Shown: positions 37,140 to 50,624 of the stretch, in pieces
Numbering within the stretch: the first letter of the stretch is position 1
Layout: every line of letters begins with the position of its first letter
Assembly: GCA_038496445.1 (NCBI GenBank)
Contig: JALMLS010000531.1
Location: 262,755-326,754, forward strand
Source of the DNA: Trichosphaerium sp. ATCC 40318
Taxonomy: Eukaryota; Protista; Tubulinea
Reading direction: 5' to 3'
DNA: 64,000 bases
Program-made: the position numbers and the translations under genes
Notes under the pieces: generated by a model
What the model was told of the DNA's origin: nothing
Databases searched by the model: none
What the model saw: the letters and a program-made list of their open reading frames with translations, nothing else

Positions 37140-40100
37140 ATGAAGAGTTGGATCACAGCACAAAAAAACCAAAAGCGAGCTGCTCACATATCGTTGCGGA
37201 ATAATACAGACTTTGTTTTAGAGCGATTTTCAGTACGCAAAACAAATTCAACCTGATTGTGAAGTGACACGCTTACAAAATATAGTATTCTATATTCCAC
37301 GGCAAATGGAGCCACTTTCCACCAGGTACAAGGTTTTTTTGAGGCTTTGTTCGTTTATTTGGTTTAGAAAAAATTAAACCCGGCGAAACAGCTCAATTCG
37401 GGACTCAAACGCGTAAGCAGTACTTAAACGATACTTTAACTAACATTTGATGAAAAGATGGTTTAGCGCTAACTGGCACTCAAGCTGAAGTGTCTTTTAG
37501 TGTTGCTACAGTACGTGGGTATTATCTATTTAAACGTAAATTTTTGGGATCATTTTGTTTGAAAAACGCAAAGCACTGAGTGTTATTCGCGCTTTTAGTA
37601 TCTATAAAGCACCTGGAGCATGTTTTTACTTTTTTGTTAAATTATTCCATTAAACCCGAATCGTTTAGGGCAATATTAAAGTTCAATGGAATATACCACT
37701 ATTCGGACAGAAAACATATAGTTCTAGTGGACCAAACGGGTTTAAAATAGCGCCGTCAGGTACAAAAGAAAAAAACTTTATTTGAACTTGTCATTTCTTG
37801 GTTTTTTCAGATTGTGCTCTTCGCAAGTGGTGTAGAGTTGTTTTCTTATTTCTCTTAGCTTCATTGGGTAACCCAGTATCTCAACTGGCTTTCACTGTAA
37901 TTTATACAGGTACTGTTGGTTGTAAGGAGTGTTTCTAAAGAGTAATGTTTCAGGTCCTCCAAATATAAATGAATTAGTGGATGAAGAAGTAACTTCAAGG
38001 AAATCTGTTGAAGAGTATCCAGAGTGGCGTAAAAGCATTCAAAACGCAAAACGTAGTGTTGTTTTAACAGTTACCAATAAGACAAAGAGAAAATTAATAA
38101 GAAGGCATTACCATTTACACTATGGTGATTGGTACGAGTTTTTTTCGAAAAAAATTTCGAAAAACTTTCAAAACACTGTGCTCACGTGTTTAGGACCGTA
38201 CTGCCCCCAGAACAAATAGAACCGCATGGTGTGGTTATTTTTGCATCTCAGTCACATGGTTTTATGACAGGCGCAACAGGAGAAGCGTTTTATGTTGGTA
38301 AGTGAAATGTTTTGTATTGTTCTTTGAAATAACAGTTATATCATAGCTGAGGGCATGCGATCTGAGATTGAAATAAAATGGAACAATCCCTATATAGGTG
38401 GTGCGTATATTATCGAAATAATACGAATTCAATGATTCTGACACCCAACCAAGAAAAAACATGCAGCCATAGTTGCCCACCTCAATTAAGGATTGAACAT
38501 CATCAAAAGAAAGCCAATTTTGACCAAGTGCGTCCACTCATTTGTTCAAATTATGGCACTGATCTAATGTTCACCTATAGATATCTATTTGGATTATTGA
38601 TATGACAGAGGAAAAGAATAATGAGCGTATGTTCAGCGTACTTAAGCAAATTTATAAGTTAATAATTTCGCCAGATAATCATGGAGTATCTGTATTGACG
38701 CTTGATACCTACTTGAAGTTATCAAACTCTCATAATCGCGCCTCTGATCTTAGCAACCTTCTTGTACAAAAGAACCTCGATATTGTTGCTTTACAAGGTA
38801 CTTATCAGTTCATTTTATTTATTCTATTTTTATTAACTTTCTTTTTTTAAGGAGTTTTCAACAACGATGCCAGAAAGGAACTTCGTAAAACTCTGACGGG
38901 GTCACCGTATAGATATACTGTACGTAAAATTTATTGTAATTGTTTGATATTGGGGTAACCTTAAAACATAGATAACAAAAAATGGAGATGCTAGTTCTTT
39001 TACAGAGAGTAGTGGTTTATTTTTTGCTTCAAAATTTCCAATTGAATGGTCTTCATTCTTTCCTTTTGGTGCCGGTATGGGCTCTGATAGTAGGTACCAA
39101 AAGGTACAAACTTAGAAAGCAACTACACTATTGTTATTGACTGTTTTTAAAGGGTATTCTTGGTGCTCTTGTTGATGTGTCATCTGTGTTTTATCCAAAC
39201 GCTAAAATTTTTGTATTTGTAACTCATCTTCAGGTATGTTGTTTGTATCTCCTTTGTGGCTTTTCTGACGCTTTTATAGACCAACTATTTTGAGTCTTCG
39301 CCACATTTAAATCGTACTGGGAGTTCTTCTTCTTCTTCTAAGCATCACTTGATTACAGAATGCCGCAAGCAGCAACTTGCTATTTGTAGAACATTTATTA
39401 TTTCTTGCTTGGAACAATGGCATGTCGGTGGGAATAAGACTAATAACATCGGTTGTATGCTTTGTGGCAATTTTAATATTACTGGTGAATTACCACCTGA
39501 TGTTGAAGGAAGCTGGATACGTATGGGTACTGGTATTGACAACGTACGTAAATGAGCCCCGTGACACGAAGTAGCTACTTTACAAAAATTTTGGAGTTTT
39601 TTGTTCTTGTTTTGTTGAGTTTTTATCAAGGTTGGTGTTGGTAAAGATGTTTGGAGATGTACATCAAAAGGAGATATATCCAAACTACGTACTTTAGATG
39701 GCGTTTTATGGGATAAATATACAGGAAAAATGAAGCAAATATCTTCATCAAGAGGTTTTACTTGGGGCAAGTTAACTTTACTTTGTTTTGTAAACACTCG
39801 CTTTTCTAACTCTTTTTTTGTAGGCGTTGATAATAAACACAATGTTTATAGACTTAATAATGACACTGGAGGTTGGGAGAAGCAATCATGTACGGAAGAA
39901 TTTCAATGAAGAGCAAAAAACTAAGAATGAAGGTTACTTACTTTTCATAGCCATACGATTAAAGAAAGTGGCTTGTGGTAACGAACAAGATGTTTGGGGA
40001 ATTAATGCAACATGGAAAGTGTTTCGATGGACTGGGAGGGAATTCAGTGAAGTACCTGGCCGCCTTAAAGATATAAGTGTTGGCGCTGATGGCGATGTTT

Positions 40101-42225
40101 GGGGTGTAAACGCTTCTGGTACATTTTATTTTTCTAATGATTTTACAACCTCTATTCCTTACTTCTTTCTAGGCGAAGTATTTCATTATAAACACAGCGG
40201 ATTTGAGCGTATTGAGGGTAAATTAAAACGTGTTGCTTGTTCAAATAAGGCAGTTGTATATGGTATTGCCAAGGATGGAGCGGTAAGCATTTTTTCTTGC
40301 TTTTTTTTCTACATGTTGTACAATGCTTATTACTTTTAGGTATGTTCTTGGACTGGTTATGGTTGGTCTAGACACCCTGGTAGGATGAAGAGAATAGCTT
40401 GCTCTGACGAATCGGGTTTGTGGGGAATATCAGCTGCCCGAGAATTGTATAAATGGAAAGGTAAGAGTATTTCTTTTCACTACTCAAACCCTTTTCTATT
40501 GCCTTGCTTATTTGGTTTTTTGTAACTAGTCGGGACGCTTGGTATTCACAAAAAGCTTAAAGTACCTGCTCTTGCATCTAAGGTTAATAATGAAGAGTCT
40601 CGTATACCTACAGGAAAAACTCTTGTTGATCAATTTAATGTACATGATATACCTATTTCTTATCTTGGTCTATGTCGGAGTCTTATATCTTCACATCGTA
40701 CTAAACTTGTGGTACTTGGAGAGATGATATGTCAAGTAGTGAAGAGTCTCATTGTAACTGTACGTAAGATGATGGATCTTTTTTTTGCTTTTATTCTTCT
40801 TTCACGCTTGTTCTCTTTTCCTTCCCTGTCAAGTCAAGTCTCCCACGTGTCAGACGACAGTTACAATTTGATTCGAAAATAATATCTAAAAGTAGTACCT
40901 ATTTGATCGAGTGATCACGCCAAAATATACCGTATTTGTGGTGCAATCTGCTATTTCTTTTTTTGTTTTTTGGAAAAGTTGTTTTTCAAGTGGCTTTTAT
41001 TGATGAGTTTATAGAAATTTCTGGCTGATGGTGTTGGTAGCGATGAAGCTAGAGAACGTGCAAGATATAAATCTATAGTGTGGGAATACTATAATCTTGT
41101 ATTTGGTATAGAAGGGATTCAAATGTTGCGTGATAGAATTAACACTCAACATACTAAAGAGTTGAGTGTTTGGAAGTCTATAGTTACAGAAGATGCTTAT
41201 GATGGGCGTTTATCGAAGCCTCAAGAATTTTGGTGGAAGATAATAAAGTCCAGCTTGTTTAGTATTTATACAGATGGATTCAGTGCGCAGGTATGGACTT
41301 GACTTAACAACTTTGTAAACTTTTTTTTTACTCGATTTTGTGCACCTGGGGTACTCTCACTGGGTGACCTTTGTTTACGTTTGTATAAGGTGTTTAAATA
41401 TGATTCTAAGTTACTAATTGTTTATAATAGGAGCGTGTTGAGGGTATGGCGTTGCCTCAAGCTATCACATCGAAGTATATGGAATTTCATATTCTTCAAG
41501 GATTACAATGTGCTACTGGGGCTATTTTAAGCGCTGAGGCTTCAAAGAAAATATTAATGAAAGGATCTGATTATTATTTAAAACATACTGATGTTAAAGA
41601 ATGGTTATTTGATGAGCCAAACATTGCATTTAATTCAAAGCAAACCTTGGAAAAAATCAACGAGAAATCAGGTACAAAAATCAAAACTTTTTAAACAAAC
41701 CCATTCGTAGTATGTTTATTGCTCTAAAACTTGTTTTTCCACATAAAAGGAACCTTATATTTTGAGATAATGTCGAACAGTTTTTGAAAAATCACGTGCA
41801 GCCGCCTGAGCGGAGTTCTTTCTTTTTTTTTTTTTGAACTAATTATTTTTCTACTAGCGTCTCCTCTTGAAGAGTTACAAGAGTACCAACAACTTATGGG
41901 ATTCTTGAACCAACCACGTGATTTATTCAGATTAAAACATCCTTATGATCCTGGTTACACTGTATCAAGAGAGGATAATCATATGGTTACAGATGATACA
42001 AGAAGACGTTTGGATTATGTTATGGCCTTTGATAAAGTTACAGTTGATGCAAAAGGATTTGGTGTTGACTTAGATATGCTTAAGTTACATTGTGAAGAAG
42101 CTAAAGTTGTACAGTTTGGTCATACTCCACATACTCAATTATCAAATCATTTTGGTATTCAAGTTATTTTGAAGCCTCCAGAAAAGAGTAATAATGAGAA
42201 AAATGATGGTGGGAATGGTAATTAA
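37140..42225 (+). CDS. Multidomain protein: 2x aegerolysin/Cry34-like domains plus a degenerate sphingomyelinase-like EEP domain interrupted by tectonin repeats and a Clu-central-like segment
   Basis: RAAHISLRNNT..HGKWSHFPP..TGT..WNIPLFG and RSVVLTVTNKT..YGDWTVLPPEQI..SHGFMTGATG..WNNPYIG. EEP motifs DIVALQGVF, SSGLFFASKFPI, THLQ, GNFNI, RLDYV and LSNHFG. Tectonin LKDISVGADGDVWGVN. Confidence 0.75.
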
Positions 42226-42539
42226 TCAAAACAAAAAAAAAAGTGTAAATTAGACCGAAAAAACAAAAGTAAATAAACCCATCTCAGTCAAACTTGTGTA
42301 TACGTGTGGTTTACACACTTTTTTAACCAAAACTGTCTGTTGCACCGATTAAATACTCACCTTACCAAGTATTTATTGCCACAAATCACTATCAAAAGAA
42401 ACATTGCTGAAAGTTGTATGCCTAAGCTGTGAGTATGAAGCACGAGTTTAAAGAAGTTAAAACAAGAAACCGCAGTTAACAAAATGAATAATGCAAGTGT
42501 AACTACCACCCTTTTAAACAGAGGTGTATATCTCTACAC

Positions 42540-43500
42540 TTTATGGTCGAGTACTAGTCTGAGAATTATAAAAATGTTATTACTTTACTTTGTTTCAGAC
42601 ACCAACTTACAATGAGTCAACATCTGTATGGCTATTGTCTGAGTTTCTATTCGAAGTTTGTTTACAACAGTGCTTGTTTACTGCAGCAATATTTTGTATC
42701 AGTCCAAAGTAAACTATTGCATTTTCTGATGTATCACTTCTTGTAGAAAAGTGTAAATACTCTCGTATATTCTTCCTTAATTCTTCAATCGGAATGTCAT
42801 GATATAACATCCTTTCAGCTGCCATTCCTTTTAATTCATCATCAGGAAGAGGAAAACCTTCTTTATTTGCTGCAGACATAAAGAGATCTTTATACAAATA
42901 CTCAAAAAAGACGTTAGAAAACAAATAATAAGGTAAAGTGTAAAGCAAAAAGTAGTACATTGTCAATTTCGTGAACTTCTCTAAAGTTATATCTTAATGA
43001 ACTAACAGCGAACCACTTAAATGGAATAAAGCAGTACTGTCTAGAAAATTTTAGTGTGATTAATATAAGAAGCAAATCAGCTGAGGTGTACCGTAGTGAA
43101 TTAGACATCATGTATAACTCCGAGATTGAAAAGTCATACATTGTCAAATGATCAAAAGCCTTTGAACTCACATTGAATTCTTTGCTTAGTGTATACTTTC
43201 CACGTGTTGCCTACAGGTATTTTAAGACAAACCCAACATAATACAAGACTCTTACTTTTTGTAGTATATCAAGAAGTTCACCACATTCGGTTTTATCTGC
43301 GTTATGTTGTGCTACAGCTTTTTGTACCGCTTTGAAAATACTTTGTTGTGTCTTATCACAGAGTTTCTTTTTATGTTTTACATCTCTATTCAAACATTCT
43401 TTTGTCCATTCTGCATCTTTCCAGAACAAGATAGCTGTAAACAAATAACGTATTTCTTTTTCCCATAAACTCATTATAACAAGAGGCCAATTATATGGAT
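42540..43500 (-). CDS. Hypothetical multi-exon helical protein (boundaries uncertain)
   Basis: ORFs 43211-43474, 42914-43171 and 42607-42966 are flanked by GT/AG signals. No recognised domain. Confidence 0.4.
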
Positions 43501-44400
43501 TCTAAAGCACAAAAGTTAGACACACTGAATGTGTATTACTCACGTGATTTCATTGTAATAAATCTATGACAAAAAATGTTTTTTGGTACTAAATTGGAGC
43601 TTGCACTTAACGTTAGTAAAGTGGAGCTCATTTAACAGTTTGACAGGTTGCAAACCGCCGTATTAACCCATGAGGTCGCCCTTAAGCCACGTGCCCAAAA
43701 TTTTGTGCACTGAGGGACCCAGGGATGACCAAAAGCGCTGGTGATATTCTGGTTTTGAAAAAACTGTTTAATGAAAAATAAGCGTACTTGTGCTGTTAAG
43801 CGGAGATCTCTTAAATGTTGTTTCTCCTCAAAGGTACGATTTGCTAGTGGATGCAGTAAGTAAATCAGATACTTTAACGTTTATTCTTACGTTTTTTAAC
43901 ATTTAAATGTTTCATAGCACGTCTGGAACCTCTACATGCTATGGTCGCTAAAACTCACTATGAGAACGACTGGTACATTATTTTAATGCTAATACGCACA
44001 TCTTGCTATCATTTGAGCTGAGTTCAGTCTTTAAGACAAGCTACACTTAAGCAACCTTGGAATTTTAAAACCGCTTGCCGACAAGTCGATCAATAACTAT
44101 AACACTACGTTACATTCTAATTGAATGTTAAATTAATGGCCATTTCAACCAAAATCCAAGGTACAATTGCAAATCATTTCCTCTCGCGGAAACTTTTGTG
44201 TACGCAATACTTAATCACGTGAACGTTAGCCAAGTAGTGTTGTCGCCCATCTGTTGCTAGATAACTTTGTTTGTAGTGAGCAATTGAGGTATCAAATAAG
44301 TGCTGCATTCTGATATTCTGAGAATAGCATTCTTTACATCGTTCATATTTATGAATTTTATTCGGAACTCTTTCGAAGACAGGTGTAATAATAAAGTTGA

Positions 44401-44474
44401 AGCCTATGACGGGGCTCGAACCCGCGGCCATTAGCTTAAAAGGCTAACGCTCTACCTAACTGAGCTACATAGGC
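44401..44474 (-). tRNA. tRNA-Lys (anticodon UUU), intronless
   Basis: GCCTATG-TA-GCTC-AGTTAGGTA-GAGC-G-TTAGC-CTTTTAA-GCTAA-TGGCC-GCGGG-TTCGAGC-CCCGT-CATAGGC-T forms a full cloverleaf. Confidence 0.95.
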
Positions 44475-44863
44475 TTTGATGGAGTTTGTAGAATGCAATT
44501 ACCATTACTATTTTTGAGGAGTAAACTGTCTTCGATGGTGGCACATGCATGCATGGTGTCAGCACATAATGCTTTAAAGATCGCATTGATTACAAGTAAT
44601 AGATGTCTTAAGTTGATGTTGATAAGGCGACAGTGTTTTGTTACTTGAAAAGTCGCACACATCTTGCATTTGTACAAAGCGTTTGTGACCATAAGATGAC
44701 TCAAGTTCTTGGCATTCCTTGTAACTGGATACCAATGACAATACGCTATTGCCCTTTTGGTTGTATTACTATTGTGTAATGTGCACACGCACAAATGGTC
44801 AACCATGCCCTTAAAAAAAAAGAAACAAATTGTGGAAATGAAGAAACTTGTTGGGTAGTTTAT

Positions 44864-45981
44864 TTAGAGTTTTGAGGACGAAAGTACAAAGACCTGAAGA
44901 CCCTTATCATGTGATGCTGCAATCATGTTCTTAGAGCTATTGTACGACACCCACCAGTATCTGCTATCCACATTGGAATAAGTAAACCTCTTCACTCCGG
45001 AAGCTAGGTCCCAAACAACCATTGTGTTGTCTTCACCACAAGATACGAATATGTCTTTATCCTTCAAAACGCAACATACATTAGCATCATGAGCCTTGCT
45101 GATGCTCGAAAGCCTCTCGCCCTTTAAAAAACCAGTTAAAATTTTGGTTTTATACGAAGTAGTGTTTACCTTTAATCCATTCCATACTACTATTGAGCGG
45201 TCATCTGCACCTGAAATAATTTTCTCGTCATCCCAAGTAACACAGTTCACACCTTTTTGTGACCTGCAAGAACCTGGATTGGAGAAGCTTCGTATTTTTC
45301 AACACTAAAGACAAACTTAGTGCTAGTAGAAAAATCCAGCTGCGTACAATCAGCTACTGCCCACACCTTCACTGTCTGATCCAATGAAGCGGAAGCGATG
45401 TATTTTTCATCAGGACTGAATACAGCGCACATAACATAATGAGAGTGTACAACAGCATCGGCTACACAAGTTAGAATTAAAAAAAACATGCGTTAAGATT
45501 TACCTAACATTGTTTGCTTTCTCCAGTCCCATAGCTTTATAGTAAAGTCATCGCTAGCTGATAATATCATAGAATTATTACATGAGAACTTGATCGTGCG
45601 AATATAATCCGTATGGCCTTGCAACGTGGCAACACATTTTTCAGTGTCCATGTCATACACGACTATCCTAATGACTACAGTTAAACAAAGGTTAATCTTG
45701 TAAACTCTTACGTTTTTTCGTCACCAGCTGTAGCCAGGAACTTGTCATCACTTGTAATAGCAATAGCACGTAGTGAGTTATCTTAGTACATATGTTAGAT
45801 TCAATTGAGAAAAACTACGTTTGGTACCAGATAGTGGTTTCCAAGACTTTACCATTATCTTCGTTTCATAATTCCACAGTTGAACTTGTCCGTCTTTTAA
45901 AGCGCATGCAATAAGAGGTTTCGTATTGAAGAAAACGGAGCATTTAACACGTGATGTATTTGTTGATAGTAGTACTTGCAT
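44864..45981 (-). CDS. WD40 propeller protein similar to the N-terminus of coatomer alpha/beta'-COP
   Basis: SRVKCSVF..VQLWNYET, GHTDYIRTI..SASDDFTIKLWDW, HSHYVMCAVFSP..SASLDQTVKVW and GHKKGVNCV..SGADDRSIVVW. Stops after one propeller. Confidence 0.8.
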
Positions 45982-46776
45982 TGTTGATGATAGTGTTGTT
46001 TAGTGTATGGTTGTGCACGAATAATCAGTTCAACGTCAGCAAAAAAACCAACCAAATCAGTGGGGTTTTGGGTAAATCCTGTGTGACACAAAAATCAAAA
46101 AAAAAAAGCCACGTTGGCAACACTAATAGTAAAAAAATTGCGCTTTCAATAGTATTTATAAGTTTCAAAAACCGCACTATTTAGTGTTTGCAAATCAATC
46201 ACAAAATAGTGAGTTTTCTTCTTTCTATTCGTTGAAACTCAAACAAAAATATAGGAAAATGGCACTCAAAGCCTCTTTTTTGTTTACCTACAATTTTATT
46301 CAATTTGTAAAGAAAGTTGACCGCCTTTTGGTGTTGCTATAATTTACATTTCGTCCGTTCAATATTCAACTAGTTCAGTTTTTTTGTTAGGTAAACCACT
46401 TGTAAATTCAACACTTTAGAAGCCTAATCGCTCAAGACAAATTGCCGACAGCACCTAGAAAGCTCCTCTTTCGAGTATGGTAACTCAATAGACATGGGTA
46501 CTACGGTTAAGTTGCATGGCGGCTATGTGTTATAAAGGTGGATACAGCGACGGGTTAGACAGGCAGTATTAGCGTTGGATATGTTTGAATCAACGATACT
46601 CATTGCTCACGTAACCAACCGTTAAATAGCAGGTTTCCATGTCTACCACCTTCAACAACACTACCGCCATAACATAACCCAACATCACTTCTGCAACATC
46701 CTCGCCGTTAAGTAATCGTATGTTCAACAATGTATACTGGTTAACATAAGATGTATTTTACACATGGCACCCCGTT

Positions 46777-47214
46777 CTAATCTTGCCTGGTATTGCGTGG
46801 TTTGTTTGTTTTACTGTTTGCTGAGCTATCCATCCACAAAGACGTTGTAAGAACACTACCATACAACCACAAAAGCCAAGAACCACCGTACGCCAACATT
46901 TCTTCCCCATACAACCCTGGAAAGTACGCAAAAGACAAACCATTCAACAGTAAGCCTGTAGCACACATTATTGATACAGCTGGCGTGTATTTACCTAAAA
47001 AGGGTTATTCAACGTTTAATAGCACGTGGGGCACACCATCATGCGCTCCGGTGAGCATAGCACAAATTTGAACCAGTGGTACTGAAATAAGCGTTCCACC
47101 TGTTAAAAATATACCAGCACGTGCTCTTGATGGATAATAATTTATCAATGTAGTTGTAAGGGCCCAAACAGATCCTCCTAGACCTACAGATATAGCTGTT
47201 GATTGTGTATCCAT
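46777..47214 (-). CDS. Small 4-TM membrane protein, DUF5367-like, 2 exons
   Basis: ORFs 47005-47214 and 46777-46968 join through one intron. ATGLLLNGLSFAYFPGLY...GGSWLLWLYGSVL resembles bacterial DUF5367 (from memory). Confidence 0.55.
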
Positions 47215-47329
47215 ACTTGTATGCCTTGTGACGTTTTGTTATCAGAAATTTAAAAGGCAATGGAAATATAGGCAACTTTTTTATTTCACAATTTCATTCC
47301 ATTACTTTCTGAACCTATTAAGTTACAGA

Positions 47330-47434
47330 CTTAACTGTCTGTTTATAAACTCTGTTGAGTGATTTAATACCTTCGTCAGTCACTGAAGTATTACTAAGAT
47401 TGATGGTATGAACTCCAGCAAGTGCTTTAACTCC
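47330..47434 (-). pseudogene. Isolated leucine-rich-repeat fragment
   Basis: Reads GVKALAGVHTINLSNTSVTDEGIKSLNRV with no start codon or further repeats nearby. Confidence 0.5.
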
Positions 47435-47911
47435 TTAATTAAACGTATTTTATCGTTGCCATGGCTTATTGCTGGACATCGTGTGTTACCCCTTGTCGAA
47501 TTTCTTGTTTCAGTCTCGAGTAGATAAATTATCCAATGTACAAAGCAATTATACAACCGACTATCAACACAACTGACACCACATATATCCTACCGAGCTT
47601 GTAGCCAAACGTGTTGGTACGTGCGACCGCCTTCCTGATTTGAAATTTACTCCCATATTGCGCAAGATTAATGCAACTGAAATGGCTTGACAGTACTTAG
47701 GACAATAATCGGTGTTTTTAAAAACCTCTGTATGGCCTTTACATGCCGGACAACCAAGTGTGACTATTTTTAAGCGTTTAGGCGTATTGTGAGCGAAAAG
47801 CAAAAAAACTAGGTACACCGTAAACACGAATTGCGTAGTGTAACATGTGATTATCTGCTTCTTACTAGGGTATAAGAAGTATCGCAAGCTTTATTTTATT
47901 TTACTTCGGCT

Positions 47912-50303
47912 TTATTTATTCGGGACAGCCTGAATAACACCTGTAGTGTTTTGATTACCCTTATAATTTTGTTTTGAATAAGGGAATAAAACCTTAGGCC
48001 GAATTATGAATGCAACTATGAAGCCTATTACTAGCACAACTGAAACAGCACATACAATGCCTATAATAATAAAAATAAGAGATCCACCATTATTTTCAGA
48101 ACAATTTGAATCTATTCTCAGTAGAAGAGTATTTGATTCCATCGCAGCATCTAATGTCAAGTGTCAAAGAAATGAAGAAAAAAATGAGAAAAAGCCAGGG
48201 TTTTGCTCTGTTTACCTTTTCTAAGATAGGGTGTTCTACAATCAGGTGATAGAAACTTTACTTCAAGATCATCAATTGCTGTAGTACACTTTTCATCAAA
48301 TACGATGATAGGAGTATCTTGCAAGTCCTCTATTGAGTTATCAATAACTAGTACTACTTCGCCTAAAAAACCTGTAAATAATACTCTTTTTATTTATAGT
48401 AATGTACATACCTGTTATTTGTAAACAATTTGTGACAGTGATTACAGACGAAGTGTTTACAATAATTGTACTTCCATTTGTCCATGTGAGATCACCTTTT
48501 AATGAACAATTAGCAAACAAAATAAACGAAGTTAAAGCAAACTGTATTGTTAAATTCCAACTAAGTTCTTAAAACTAGTTCTGTACCAAATATTGTGATG
48601 TTCTCCAAAAGAACAAGCTCGTCAGGTATTGTATATCCTCCATTTATAGCCCACTTACCATCAACACATACAGCTTCTGGAAACGTGGTAGTAGAACCTC
48701 CACACATACATTTCCCGTCATCCATTGTTCCGTTTTTAACTGTACAAGGTGACACAGGAGCATTAGTTGTTGGTTCAGGCATTGGTAGCGGTGGTATTGG
48801 TTCTACGTTTATTGCAATTGGTATTGTTGTGGGCGCTTGTGTTGGAGGAGGTTGAAAAATATCAGAAACGTCTCTAACTGACATTGATGCTACTGGAGAT
48901 GACTGGTACCAAAGTAGTCCGTCTTTATTGTAAGAAGCGGCTTGGCTAGCCCCGGTAGAAATGTCACCAAGATTTGTTCCTTCACCAAGAATGTTAATGG
49001 CAAATTTTAGGAATGAAACAGTGGTGCACCATTAAGAGCAATAAAAAAAGTGCTTCCTTCACTAATTCCATCAATGAGTGTTTTTGGTCTAGAAACCAGT
49101 ATTACTCCTCTATCGTAAACAACTCTTTGAAGAGGATCAAGTTTAAGGCCAAACGTAGCAAAACTCACAACACCACCTAGAAAATAAGTTGGTATTGAAC
49201 CAAATGAAAAAAAAGCATTGGCTTACTTTCTTTGAATTCAACAACCCTATTATGGTCTGTGGCTAGAAGTCTCCCATCTGGTAGATATGTACAACCCTAG
49301 ATAATTGTTAGAACTCGGCTTTTTACTATACTTGTTTATCAGAGAGAAGAAATTGTTCTTTTAATTTTCTTGGTTTTGCTTTTTGTTGGAAAAACAAAAT
49401 CGCAAGGGTACCATAGGGCTAGAAAGGGCAAAGATATAGAAACGTTGATAATCAGGTGTAATAGTAGATTGATTTGATACATCAAGAGTGGAGACGTTAA
49501 AGCCTATAATCTTACTACCACCTAAAACTGCTGCCTCCAACCTTTCTTCATTTGGATCAAATGTGAGTTGTCTCAGTTCTTGCGTTATACCCAAATCTAC
49601 TGTGAAGCCGCCAACATATTCAAGATCCTCATTAAATATAGTCTAAAAAAATTACAAAGTTATGATCCTGAGATACGATTAAATCAGCAACCCAAAAGAT
49701 TTTCTGGTTTTTTTCAAAATCACACGCTCATATCCTAGTAAAGCAAAAAAGTACGCTTGTAGCAACATTCCGAATTAGGGCGCTTTGTACGCTATTCCTT
49801 TTGTTTTTATCCCAAAAAAAAACGTACCACTGTGTGTTTTGCGCTAGTAATAAATATATCTCCATTTGAGCGTAATAACAACGCTAGAAGGTTGTTACAT
49901 TTACACAGAATAAAATAACCGTTCACGCTAATGTAGCATGCGTAAGCGTATGTACCTTGAGGGTACTCGTCCAAAAACTCTTGTTGGCCATTTGCTACCC
50001 ATTTAGTAATATTTCTTCCTGTAGGAACGCCTAAAAGACTACCGTTAACAACTAAGTAACGGTGACGGTATACCTTGAGGATCGTATTCAACTACCAGGC
50101 CAGTAATACCTACATTGCTCAAAGCGATAAGAGCGTTACCACTAGGCAACCAAATGATATCTTGCACTTGTCCTGGAGGTAAACTAAATGCGGAAGCACC
50201 TACGCAATCTATTAACAACGTATTTCGCCTGTTTAATAGCCTTACACGCAATATAACCGATAATACAACTAATACTCAATAAATAGACGCCCTGGTTACA
50301 CAT
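47912..50303 (-). CDS. Type I membrane surface protein (beta-propeller-like ectodomain, Pro/Thr stalk, Cys-rich juxtamembrane domain, TM, short tail)
   Basis: Hydrophobic N-terminal exon; QPPPTQAPTT...PEPTTNAPV stalk; TM LIFIIIGIVCAVSVVLVIGFIVAFII followed by RPK. Confidence 0.7.
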
Positions 50304-50624
50304 TTCTGTAGAATACGCCAAAGCTCGGTCTGTAGTATATTCACAAGTTATCTAATTGGGAAATTCTGTTTGAATTCGAAGGACGCAAACGGAATTTCAC
50401 ACAAATTTTTTTCGTTTTCTTGTTTTTTTTGGATTAATTGCTTGTATTACAAATCGAGTGGTCTTTTAAAATACGAGTACGTTACTCTTTGTCGACAATC
50501 TGGGTCAATTCTCAAAAATGATGTTCTGCAAACGGAAAAACTAAGGCATTGTACAAGAACAATACTTTACTTGTACATCATACCATGATGAAGCAGACTA
50601 TTCCTGAAGTACTTCTTAATATCT

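Noticed and set aside
43660-43750. GC-richer patch with an Sm-like AATTTTGTG as an snRNA
   Set aside because: No U1/U2/U4/U5/U6 hallmark sequences; more likely an upstream exon of the adjacent minus-strand gene.
46793-47071. TBC/RabGAP-like plus-strand ORF (IHKDVVRT)
   Set aside because: No further TBC motifs; the opposite strand gives a coherent spliced membrane protein.
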